Source of the DNA: an uncultured Clostridia bacterium
GTDB lineage: Bacteria > Bacillota > Clostridia > Christensenellales > CAAEEZ01
Assembly: GCA_934365195.1 (NCBI GenBank)
Contig: CAKRNA010000001.1
Location: forward strand, 95,301-159,300
Direction: 5' to 3'
Length of the DNA stretch: 64,000 bases
Shown: in pieces, positions 1-8,512 of the stretch
Layout: every line of letters starts with the position of its first letter
Numbering within the stretch: the first letter of the stretch is position 1
Program-made: the position numbers and the translations under genes
The notes under the pieces: model-generated
Database searches by the model: none
What the model saw: only the letters and a program-made list of their open reading frames with translations
What the model was told of the DNA's origin: nothing

Positions 1-1899
1 TGGATAGTACTCGCTAACCTCGTAATCGCCGCTGTCAAACGATAACTTGGCATTATCTAAAAGATAACTCACCTCTTTATCGCTGCTGTTTCTCACCATT
101 ACTATCGCTTTATCGTTAGATTTTGCGTAGTAGCCGTAAACGGTCTCATCTTTTGGCTCACCACCGAAAAATTGACTGTTTTTTATCACGTCGAAGTTGC
201 TTTCAGCCCAAGTTAAGACGTCCGCTGCGATTTTCCACCTCTTTTTATCAAACATACTAGGGCTAAAATATAGTTCCACAAAGCCCGTTCCACGCATCAT
301 ACAAGCGTACATATACTTTTCAAATTCCTCATGCGTGTACTTAACCGTCCTGTGCAACTTGTTAGGTAGCGGCGGATTGTAATTTCTTTCGGCATAGCAC
401 GGCTCGTGATTATATATGTGCACAACCGGAAATTGCAGTTGCCTCGTCTCGAAAAAGTCACGATACTTGCCGTCACGGTAATTTAAACATTGATCAAGGT
501 CGCTACCCTTACCCTCGTAGTTCATATCACCGCAATTATTCAACCACATTGCGTCCACCCATTTTAAAAACCAAGGTGACGGGTGCGCATAGGAAGTAAC
601 GTTCAAAAACACGTTTTGTTGCACTTTTCTTATCTTTTCAAAGCCCTTTATCCACTCTTCCCACAAAAAAGTGTAGAAGTAAATTCCATCGCCCTCGCCC
701 TTAGGGTGCCCGTGTTTTGCAGACTTACAAGGCGTGTTTGCAAAGCCGTCAATCTTGAAGTAGGTAGTGTTGTACTCACGGCAAAAATCCGCCATTTTAT
801 CCGTTAAATCGCTTACGTACTTTGGATCGCCCGTGCAAATATCGTGCGAGGCACTACAATAGCCGTAGCCGATTTTTCTAAGTAGTTTTGCGTATCTTAC
901 CGTCTGCGCCGAGTAGCCGCCTCGAGGTCCAAACCACACGCCAAAAGTAGAGCCCAACTTCCTAGTTAGTTCGCTTTCCTTTTTAAAACCGTCCTTAAAT
1001 TTACTATTAAACGCCCAAAGTTTCGCCGTTTTGTAGTCCGTCCAACCGTCGTCGATAACGTAGCAATCCAGAGGTCTAAATCCCGCCTCTTTCATATTTT
1101 CGGCAACCTCTGTAAAAGATTTTTCTATCTTTTCGCCGTCGATATCCAGCATATAGTCGTACCAAGAATTGTACTGCACCCTAAACCTAGAAGGCGAAGC
1201 GAAAGTCTCCACGTACTTAAAAAACGACGAGCGAAGTTTTTCAAACGTGTCGCCTATGCCTGCGCCCACCACAAAGTCAACGGTTTTGTACTTGCCGCCA
1301 GTACTAATTTCGTCAAAAGACCTACCCAAATAGTACTTACTGCTAGCGGTTTCACCCTCGATTTTGTTCTCGCAAACAGGAAACTCGCCACCGAAAAACA
1401 TATCGCTAACGTAGTACGGCTGACCTAGGATAAAAATCCTACTAGGGACGTAAACCCTCTCCTTAACGGGCGGAATAGTCCACCTAAAACCAGCGCCCGA
1501 TATGTCGAATTTATCTAGGCAAATATAGTCTATTTTCACGTCGCCGCCAGCCTTTAAAACCAAATGCTTTTTAATGGTTTGGCTTTTTTCGTCCACGTAG
1601 TAATTCACCCTGATATTCCAGTCGTTTTCGTCAATTCTCCCCGCAAATTCTATACTATTGCCGTTTTCTTTAGCAAAAAAGTCCTCGCTTGTAATGATTT
1701 TAGTCTTCTTTTCCTCCCCTTTAAAAAGCGGAAAATTGCGGGGCTTTTTCTCTTGCTTTTCAAAGTAAGAAACGCTAAATTCCTCGTAGTTTTTAAGCGG
1801 CAAACTCTTACCTGTGATTTTATTAGTTAAAGTGGCGCTTGTGATTTTTCCGTCAACTATTTTCACCTCTTTAACCAAGTTTTTGCTTTCAATTCTCAT
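1..1899 (-). CDS. Glycoside hydrolase, alpha-galactosidase-like (clan GH-D, GH36/GH27 type); C-terminal end runs off the window
   Basis: Absent from the supplied ORF track because the frame is open to position 1. Minus-strand ATG at 1899-1897 is preceded by GAGGGAA. My translation starts MRIESKNLVKEVKIVDGKITS and stays open for 633 codons. It contains 'CYVIDDGWTDY' and 'TYFKIDGF', resembling the DDGW and K-x-D nucleophile blocks of GH27/GH36 enzymes. Confidence 0.6.
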   Translation of the reverse strand, partial: MRIESKNLVKEVKIVDGKITSATLTNKITGKSLPLKNYEEFSVSYFEKQEKKPRNFPLFKGEEKKTKIITSEDFFAKENGNSIEFAGRIDENDWNIRVNYYVDEKSQTIKKHLVLKAGGDVKIDYICLDKFDISGAGFRWTIPPVKERVYVPSRIFILGQPYYVSDMFFGGEFPVCENKIEGETASSKYYLGRSFDEISTGGKYKTVDFVVGAGIGDTFEKLRSSFFKYVETFASPSRFRVQYNSWYDYMLDIDGEKIEKSFTEVAENMKEAGFRPLDCYVIDDGWTDYKTAKLWAFNSKFKDGFKKESELTRKLGSTFGVWFGPRGGYSAQTVRYAKLLRKIGYGYCSASHDICTGDPKYVSDLTDKMADFCREYNTTYFKIDGFANTPCKSAKHGHPKGEGDGIYFYTFLWEEWIKGFEKIRKVQQNVFLNVTSYAHPSPWFLKWVDAMWLNNCGDMNYEGKGSDLDQCLNYRDGKYRDFFETRQLQFPVVHIYNHEPCYAERNYNPPLPNKLHRTVKYTHEEFEKYMYACMMRGTGFVELYFSPSMFDKKRWKIAADVLTWAESNFDVIKNSQFFGGEPKDETVYGYYAKSNDKAIVMVRNSSDKEVSYLLDNAKLSFDSGDYEVSEYYP

Positions 1900-1910
1900 A
1901 ATTCCCTCTA

Positions 1911-1935
1911 AAATAAAACCTCCTAAAAAGGAGGT
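1911..1935 (-). terminator. Rho-independent terminator after lysC
   Basis: Hairpin ACCTCC-TAAAAA-GGAGGT (1918-1935), 5 nt after the lysC stop, followed on the minus strand by TTTATTT. Confidence 0.7.
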
Positions 1936-1940
1936 CTATT

Positions 1941-3251
1941 CTATCCTACAAAACCTTTGTAAATTGCTTGGATTGCTTTTGCGTAGTCGTCGTTATCAAC
2001 GCCCACGATTATGTTAAGTTCGCTACTACCTTGGTCTATCATTCTTACGTTTACGTTAGCCTCTGCAAGCGCTGTAAACAAGGTTGCCGAAGTACCCGTC
2101 CTCTTTGCCATACCGTGTCCAACGGTAGCAATTAGCGCCATATTTTTGTAAACCGTAATATTATCAACCGAAAGGTTTTTCTTAATGTCGTCAACCACTT
2201 TATCAAGTTTGCCGTCTAGTTCGTTTTCGCTAATTACAAAACTCATAGTATCGATGCCCGACGGAACGTGCTCGAAAGATATTCCGTAATGCTCAAGAAC
2301 GGACAAAACCTTTCTTGCAAAGCCAATTTCGTTGTTCATCATAGACTTTTCAAGTAGTAGTACCGCAAAGTCCTTTTTGCCGGCAATTCCTGTGATTACG
2401 CTGTTGTCCGGCACATAATCTTCCACAATCATAGTGCCCTTGTGCGAAGGGTTGAAGGTGTTTTTTATATTGATTGGAATACCTGCTTGTCTTACCGGGA
2501 AGATAGACTCCGGATGAAGAACGTTTGCGCCCATATAACTAAGTTCACGAAGTTCTTTATAGGTAAGTTGGTTAATAATCTTAGGGTTTTCTACGATTCT
2601 TGGATCAGCCGTCATAAAGCCGTTTACGTCCGTCCAGTTTTCGTATAGGTCCGCTCCAACGCCTCTTGCTATAATTGCCCCCGTTACGTCGCTACCGCCA
2701 CGAGAGAAGGTTTTAATCTCTCCGTCAGCGCCTATACCGTAAAAGCCCGGGATTACCGCTCTATCCACGTTTTCTAGCACTCTTTTTACGTTATCGTTTG
2801 TGATTTCGGCATCTAGAATTCCACGGCTGTCGAACTTAATTAGGTCTTGTGCGTCAATAAAGGTGTAGCCCGTTTTTAAGGCAAACATTTTTGCCGAAAG
2901 GTACTCGCCCCTACTTGCCGCATAATCAGGCGTAGTGCTGGTGTTGATTTGCTTTTCAATGCTATCTAACAAATCGTCCAAATCAAATTTCAGCCCTAAA
3001 TCCTCTGCTAGCGCTCTAAATCTTTCTCTAATTTTTCCAAAAGCAACGTCGCATCTACCGGTTTCTTGTGCCTCATCAAAAGCCTTATATAGCATATCGG
3101 TAACTTTGATATCGTTATTATCTCTTTTACCCGGAGCAGAAACAATAATAAATCTTCTGTCCTTATCGCTTTCGATAATATCGTAAACCTGGTTTACGGT
3201 AATTGCGCTTGCCATCGACGTTCCGCCGAACTTACATACTTTACAACTCAT
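1941..3251 (-). CDS. lysC: Aspartate kinase
   Basis: 436 aa with the N-terminal 'KFGGTSMAS' aspartokinase signature and ACT-like C-terminal halves. ATGA start/stop overlap with the upstream gene. Confidence 0.9.
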   Translation of the reverse strand: MSCKVCKFGGTSMASAITVNQVYDIIESDKDRRFIIVSAPGKRDNNDIKVTDMLYKAFDEAQETGRCDVAFGKIRERFRALAEDLGLKFDLDDLLDSIEKQINTSTTPDYAASRGEYLSAKMFALKTGYTFIDAQDLIKFDSRGILDAEITNDNVKRVLENVDRAVIPGFYGIGADGEIKTFSRGGSDVTGAIIARGVGADLYENWTDVNGFMTADPRIVENPKIINQLTYKELRELSYMGANVLHPESIFPVRQAGIPINIKNTFNPSHKGTMIVEDYVPDNSVITGIAGKKDFAVLLLEKSMMNNEIGFARKVLSVLEHYGISFEHVPSGIDTMSFVISENELDGKLDKVVDDIKKNLSVDNITVYKNMALIATVGHGMAKRTGTSATLFTALAEANVNVRMIDQGSSELNIIVGVDNDDYAKAIQAIYKGFVG

Positions 3252-4492
3252 TTTAACTCCTTATTAGGCACAATATATTTTGCCTCTAAATAATATCTTT
3301 TGTCGTTTGCCTCGCCCATAGAAAATGATTTTCTTGGCAAAACACCTTTTTCTATAATATAGCCGAACAATTCTTCTTTTTTTATCGTCGGCATAAATAT
3401 TGCAAGACCGTTTTCGCTCTTTGCAACGTCAAGCGTATTTTTCCTACCGTGAACGTAGTCAACGCCGGCTTTACCGCTCTTTACCAAAGAGTCGAGGTAA
3501 GTTTGCACCTCGTCTATTGCCTTAGGCGAATTCTCGTCCACCTTGATAAAGTACTCTTTGCCCTCGTAGTTTAGTTCGATTTTCCCATTACCCTTACTAA
3601 ACTTACTTACTATTTCCTCAACGTCCTTTTTAGTTACGCCAAACACCACTCTATGTATCGGCTCAAAGTCCAAGCCGCTGCCGTTTAGGTTGACAAGTTC
3701 AACCAGCCCGTACCTAGCAGGGTGCGTTTCCTTTTCCTCTTTTGATAACGTTTGTTTTAGGTTGTCCCAATGCGTTTTTGCGGTGGCTAAGGAGTGATTG
3801 CCGTCCCCAACCGAGAACAAAATGCTTGTTTCCTTCCCGTAAATCTTGCGTTGATAATCTTTGTCCAGTAGCCCGTAAAGTTTATTAGTAATTTCGGTGA
3901 CGTTAGTTACCTTGTAGCCCGTGATACGTCCGCCGTCCATATTCAATTCAAAATCGTACAATTTTTCCAATTTGTCACGGCTATCATATAGGTTTTCGAT
4001 AATTTTTTGCTCCCTATCGTCCATAAGCAGCATAACGTGAGGAAGTTCCACAATAGCGTTTTTACGAATTTTAACCCTAGGCGGTATCCTTTCGATTACC
4101 GTGCCTTCCGTGGCTTTTATTCTTGCCTTGCTAGTTGGCGAAAAATCGTACTCTTCAAGGTCGATAGCAATAACGAGCCCTAGCCTATGCTGACCGTTAC
4201 TAATCACCCTATCCACAAGAATAAAGCAATTTTCGTGAACGTCGAAAATACCTTCGCTTTGGTATTTACGCATAGTGTCGTTGATTTTTTGTATCCTTTC
4301 GTCGTCATTAGAGCCAAGGTACACCTCAGGGAAAACTATGTTCAGCGTGGAATAACTATCCCCAACGTACTCTTTCAGCCTTTCCCAGTAGGCTCTTTCG
4401 CTTGTAAACTGGTCGCAAGCAACGACCGACCATTTGCTTAAATCTATATCCTTTTTAGGAAGTAATATCGGCATAGATTTGATAACGTTCAT
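3248..4492 (-). CDS. DUF1015-family protein (function unknown)
   Basis: 414 aa. The length, the 'VVACDQFTSE' N-terminal block and the 'VGDGNHSLATAK' block resemble the P-Y-D and DG-H-H blocks of DUF1015/COG4198. Assignment is by eye only. Confidence 0.55.
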   Translation of the reverse strand: MNVIKSMPILLPKKDIDLSKWSVVACDQFTSERAYWERLKEYVGDSYSTLNIVFPEVYLGSNDDERIQKINDTMRKYQSEGIFDVHENCFILVDRVISNGQHRLGLVIAIDLEEYDFSPTSKARIKATEGTVIERIPPRVKIRKNAIVELPHVMLLMDDREQKIIENLYDSRDKLEKLYDFELNMDGGRITGYKVTNVTEITNKLYGLLDKDYQRKIYGKETSILFSVGDGNHSLATAKTHWDNLKQTLSKEEKETHPARYGLVELVNLNGSGLDFEPIHRVVFGVTKKDVEEIVSKFSKGNGKIELNYEGKEYFIKVDENSPKAIDEVQTYLDSLVKSGKAGVDYVHGRKNTLDVAKSENGLAIFMPTIKKEELFGYIIEKGVLPRKSFSMGEANDKRYYLEAKYIVPNKELK

Positions 4493-5301
4493 TAGCCTAA
4501 CCTCTTTTTATTATGGTTGTTCACGTTGATACCGTAAACGTTCTCTATTTCCTCTTTCAGCCTTTCAATAGTCATATATCTGGTCAGCACGCCGTTTTTT
4601 GCAATAGAGATAATTCCCGTTTCCTCACTTACTACGATAGCAAGCACGTCGCTTTCCTCCGTGATACCTATTGCAGCCCTGTGCCTTGTGCCCACCTCTT
4701 TTGTTACCGTTACGTTAGCGGTAAGCGGCAAGAAGCAACTCGATGCAAGAATTTTGTTACCTTTTATTACTACCGCACCGTCGTGTAGAGGCGCTTTCGT
4801 ATTAAAAATACACTCTAATAATTGTGCGGATATATTCGCATTTAGTTGAATACCCGTTTCCATAATATGTTGCTCTATTGAACTTGGAGTAAGCAAAATA
4901 AGTGCGCCGATGTCCTTTTTAGCCATAGATTGCACGGCGTTAAGAATTTCGCTGGTAGCCTCCTCTAATTCCTCGTCGCTACCGTAAACGTCGCCGAAAA
5001 ACTCCTTATATCGAGGGTTTGCTATCTTTTGGAAAATCTGCTTTAAGTCCGCTTGGTACACAACGATAATCGACACCATCATAGCAAGCATAACGCCGTT
5101 CATTATCGATTTAGACACAAGCAATTCGTTGTGCTTTAAGGTTGCCGCCGCAATATCGATAGACACCGTTATAGCGGTCAAAATCAAGAATATCAAAAAT
5201 ACTCTTAAATGGCTTTTTCTCTTAAAAAACAAAAACATCACCGTAAGCGCAAGCACGGCTATCAGCACGTCGAAAACTATTAGATAGTATTTTGTTTCCA
5301 T
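4492..5301 (-). CDS. cdaA: Diadenylate cyclase CdaA (c-di-AMP synthase)
   Basis: 269 aa with three N-terminal TM helices and a DAC domain carrying 'PLHDGAVVI' and 'GTRHRAAIG' motifs. Confidence 0.9.
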   Translation of the reverse strand: METKYYLIVFDVLIAVLALTVMFLFFKRKSHLRVFLIFLILTAITVSIDIAAATLKHNELLVSKSIMNGVMLAMMVSIIVVYQADLKQIFQKIANPRYKEFFGDVYGSDEELEEATSEILNAVQSMAKKDIGALILLTPSSIEQHIMETGIQLNANISAQLLECIFNTKAPLHDGAVVIKGNKILASSCFLPLTANVTVTKEVGTRHRAAIGITEESDVLAIVVSEETGIISIAKNGVLTRYMTIERLKEEIENVYGINVNNHNKKRLG

Positions 5302-5310
5302 ATTGCCCTC

Positions 5311-6624
5311 CTATATTCCAAAAGGATTATCGTCGTTATCTTCGCCAAGCCCGAACGGATCTTGAGATTTCCCCTCTTCGCTGTCAAACCCGTTAGGGTC
5401 GCTATTTGCTTTAACAAACGGATCTACGCCCATAAAGATAGGCTTAATCGGATCGTCGGATTTGTCGGCTTTATTTTTTAGCACCGCATAGACGATTATC
5501 ATAGAAATAATCGCAATAGCAACCACTACCCACCTAACTGCCGTTAGCCCCGTGCTATTAGTGGTAAAGAACGAGTAATCAGGCTTACTTTCTATGCTTT
5601 TTGCCATTATCTTTTCAAAAACTTCGTCGGTAACTATCGCCTTTACAAGCGTTACTGCGTCGTTCATTTTTTGCTTTCCGCCCTCGCCGAATATTTCGTC
5701 GAACTTAGCCATCGTGTCGTCCTTGGTTTGCATTATCGTGCCGTACCTTTTGGACTGAACAAAACCGCCGTCCACGTAATTTCCGCTGTACATTAATAAG
5801 GTTGGCAACCTTTTTGCAATAAACGGCGTTACGTCGTTCAAAAGTGCTTGGTGGCTGTACTCAAGCCCGATATTATCCTCGCCTGCTATTATTACCTTTT
5901 TATCGATAGGCAATTCGCTTACCGTGATATTGCTATTTTTAGCAGTATTTAGTACGTAATCGTAATGCTCCCAATGAATTTCGTCGTCGTAAACGTAGGT
6001 GTTGTCACCTGCTCCTATTCCGCTTAGGTTCATCATTAACAGTAAACCTGCTTTTTCTTGCGTGGTCATCTTGTCCACGTAATATCTACTGCCAAGTAAC
6101 CCTACTTCGCTTGCCCCAAAGAACACGTATTTTACGTTAAACGGCAAGTTTACGCCCTTCAATTCTTCCATAATTGCAAGCATAACGCCCACGCTTGTTC
6201 CGTTTGCGGTTGCGCCTTGGCTATTTTGAATGCTACTAACAAGCCCCTCGGCGTTGTCGTAATTAGTGCCGATAATCACCGTTTTATTTGTTTCGGTAGC
6301 AGCCTTCTTTTCGGCAATTAGGTTTGCCGTCTCTTCGCTTTGGTTGTTGTTAAATTGATTATTATACTTAAATTTTTGTTCGCTTATGTCGTACCCGCCG
6401 ATAGAATTTATCACGGTTTTTAGGTAGTCACGCCTTTTTGCCATTCTTTCGGCGTAGCCCGTTACGTTGTTTTCCTCGCTAGTTACAAACTCCTTAGCAT
6501 AGTCGTAAGCCTTACTTACCACGGCAGTATCGGTACTAACGCCCTCTGCGTAAGCCACGGCATTAGTACAGATAGGGAAGACAAGCATAATAAAAGTCAA
6601 AATACTACATATCGCCTTTTTCAT
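5311..6624 (-). CDS. M28-peptidase-like membrane-anchored protein, probably catalytically inactive
   Basis: 437 aa with signal peptide MKKAICSILTFIMLVFPICTNAVAYA and an M28-like core ('FFGASEVGLLGSRYYV'). It has a C-terminal TM helix and an acidic tail with (D/N)PF repeats. Several M28 metal-ligand positions appear substituted (see findings). Confidence 0.5.
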   Translation of the reverse strand: MKKAICSILTFIMLVFPICTNAVAYAEGVSTDTAVVSKAYDYAKEFVTSEENNVTGYAERMAKRRDYLKTVINSIGGYDISEQKFKYNNQFNNNQSEETANLIAEKKAATETNKTVIIGTNYDNAEGLVSSIQNSQGATANGTSVGVMLAIMEELKGVNLPFNVKYVFFGASEVGLLGSRYYVDKMTTQEKAGLLLMMNLSGIGAGDNTYVYDDEIHWEHYDYVLNTAKNSNITVSELPIDKKVIIAGEDNIGLEYSHQALLNDVTPFIAKRLPTLLMYSGNYVDGGFVQSKRYGTIMQTKDDTMAKFDEIFGEGGKQKMNDAVTLVKAIVTDEVFEKIMAKSIESKPDYSFFTTNSTGLTAVRWVVVAIAIISMIIVYAVLKNKADKSDDPIKPIFMGVDPFVKANSDPNGFDSEEGKSQDPFGLGEDNDDNPFGI

Positions 6625-6633
6625 ACCGCCCTC

Positions 6634-7179
6634 CTATATAGCCACCATAATAAAATATATCGAAAGAGGCATTGCCATCGACATAAATATTACAGGTGCT
6701 GATTTTTTATTTAGATATTTTTTGTAGCATATTGCGTATATCACGCTGAAAGTTACTGCCAAAAACACTATCTCGATAACAGGTTGCAACTTGAACGTGA
6801 ACGGCAAGTAAAAATACATTACGTTAAATAGTGCAAGTAGCAAGTTGGCAACTGTCACCACAAGTTTAAACGTTGAAATAAAGCGATACTTGTTCACCTC
6901 GTTAAAACTAACCCTAATAATAGAGTTGCACACAAACCTAGATAGTATCTCCACCATTGCTCCGTAAATTAAGCCGTAAAAAATATACACAAGTACTGAT
7001 GCGCCTACGATATTTGCGCTAGTTACGTCTATTGCCAGATTACTCATATACGGCAAGGTGTTTATAGTGCTATTGATTGAAAAACAATCCTTTGCCGCAA
7101 TAGATAAACATAGCAAAATAAAGGTAATATGCGAAAATACCTTCATTGTTTTTTCACTTTTAACGTCTACCTTTCCCAT
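6634..7179 (-). CDS. Polytopic membrane protein (about 5 TM), unknown function
   Basis: 181 aa, hydrophobic helices throughout. AGGAG RBS lies 5 nt before the ATG. 7 nt after holA and 9 nt before the M28-like gene. Confidence 0.6.
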   Translation of the reverse strand: MGKVDVKSEKTMKVFSHITFILLCLSIAAKDCFSINSTINTLPYMSNLAIDVTSANIVGASVLVYIFYGLIYGAMVEILSRFVCNSIIRVSFNEVNKYRFISTFKLVVTVANLLLALFNVMYFYLPFTFKLQPVIEIVFLAVTFSVIYAICYKKYLNKKSAPVIFMSMAMPLSIYFIMVAI

Positions 7180-7186
7180 TTTTCTC

Positions 7187-8140
7187 CTATTTAACCAGTA
7201 GCAAACTTATCACCGTTTTTAATGCGTCGCCTTCGTTAGTTTGTCCGGTTAGCGTCTTATACTCTATATCTACTAAACTTTCAGCATATTGTTTAAGAAT
7301 TTTCGGGCTATAATTTTCCGCCACTTTTCTTGCCATTTTCACAGCGAACGGCTTTACCCCTAGGCTTTTTGCAATCTCCTCGTCCTTACCCTTGCTTATC
7401 AAGGAATAAAGCATACGTTTGTACTGCGTTAATATTGCTTGAATTAGGGCTAGCGGCTTGTTGCCTTGAAGAAGTAATGTGTCCATAATCGTTTTTGCCT
7501 TAACCACGTTTTGCTCGGCTAAACTTTGGGTGAATTCGTAAATTTTGTAGTCGGTAGTCGGGGTTACCAGCCTTTCTACGTCGCTAACTTTTATCACGCT
7601 GCCATCCACGTAACTAACCAGTTTGTCCACCTCGTTATGCACTTTTCTTAGGTCACACAAGCAGTACTCAGCCAGTTTTACCGAGGCAATGCGTTCTATT
7701 TTTGCGCCCTTGGTTTTTATGGTTAGGTCTATTTGATTAGCGCACTCTTCCACGCTTAAAGTGTTGCAATCCACCACTTCGCCGTACTTGTGATAACTAC
7801 TTAAATCGCCGTTATCAAAAATTACAAGCACCGATTGTGGCTCCGGGTTTTCAAAGTACTTTACAAGCAATTTGCCCTCGTCGGCGTTTGGTTTTGTCGG
7901 TTCTTTAACAGCCACTACTTTCCTCTCGTCCATTAAAGGATACCCACCAAGTGACGCCGTTATATCCGCCACGCTCGAAAAATCTTGAAAAATATTTAAA
8001 TTAAAGTCCATCACGTCGGGATTAAGTAGTTTAACGAACAGATTAAACGCATAATCCTTTAGATAATCGTCGTCGCCGATAATAAAATATACGGGCGAAA
8101 TATCATTTTTTAATGATTTTTGCAATTCTTTTACTTTCAA
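7187..8140 (-). CDS. holA: DNA polymerase III delta subunit
   Basis: 317 aa with the typical HolA N-terminus ('PVYFIIGDDDYLKDYA'). Classical position downstream of comEC. TTG start with AAGGAG RBS. Confidence 0.8.
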   Translation of the reverse strand: MKVKELQKSLKNDISPVYFIIGDDDYLKDYAFNLFVKLLNPDVMDFNLNIFQDFSSVADITASLGGYPLMDERKVVAVKEPTKPNADEGKLLVKYFENPEPQSVLVIFDNGDLSSYHKYGEVVDCNTLSVEECANQIDLTIKTKGAKIERIASVKLAEYCLCDLRKVHNEVDKLVSYVDGSVIKVSDVERLVTPTTDYKIYEFTQSLAEQNVVKAKTIMDTLLLQGNKPLALIQAILTQYKRMLYSLISKGKDEEIAKSLGVKPFAVKMARKVAENYSPKILKQYAESLVDIEYKTLTGQTNEGDALKTVISLLLVK

Positions 8141-8512
8141 AGCCTACACTCCTTATAGTATAGTATATCAAAAGCCTATTATATTGTAAAGAAATTATTT
8201 TAATGTAATACTAAAGAAAATTATTTATTAAAGTATAAGAACAAAAAAGTTTTAATTATTCATAAGTAAAGCAAATATTTTGTAATTTTACCTACTAAAC
8301 CCTGTGCTTTGCCACCTATTATTTGCGGATTTTAACCAACTTACTTTGAATTTTAGCCTAGAAAAAATTACTAAAAAATACGTGATTTATAGCGCTAAAA
8401 ACATTTGTTTTAAGCGGTTTTTATCGTTTTGTTATGTGAAAATAATTAACAAAAATCACTACGTCGCTTTCAAAATTTTATCGAATTTACAATCTTGCTA
8501 CTACGATTCAGC

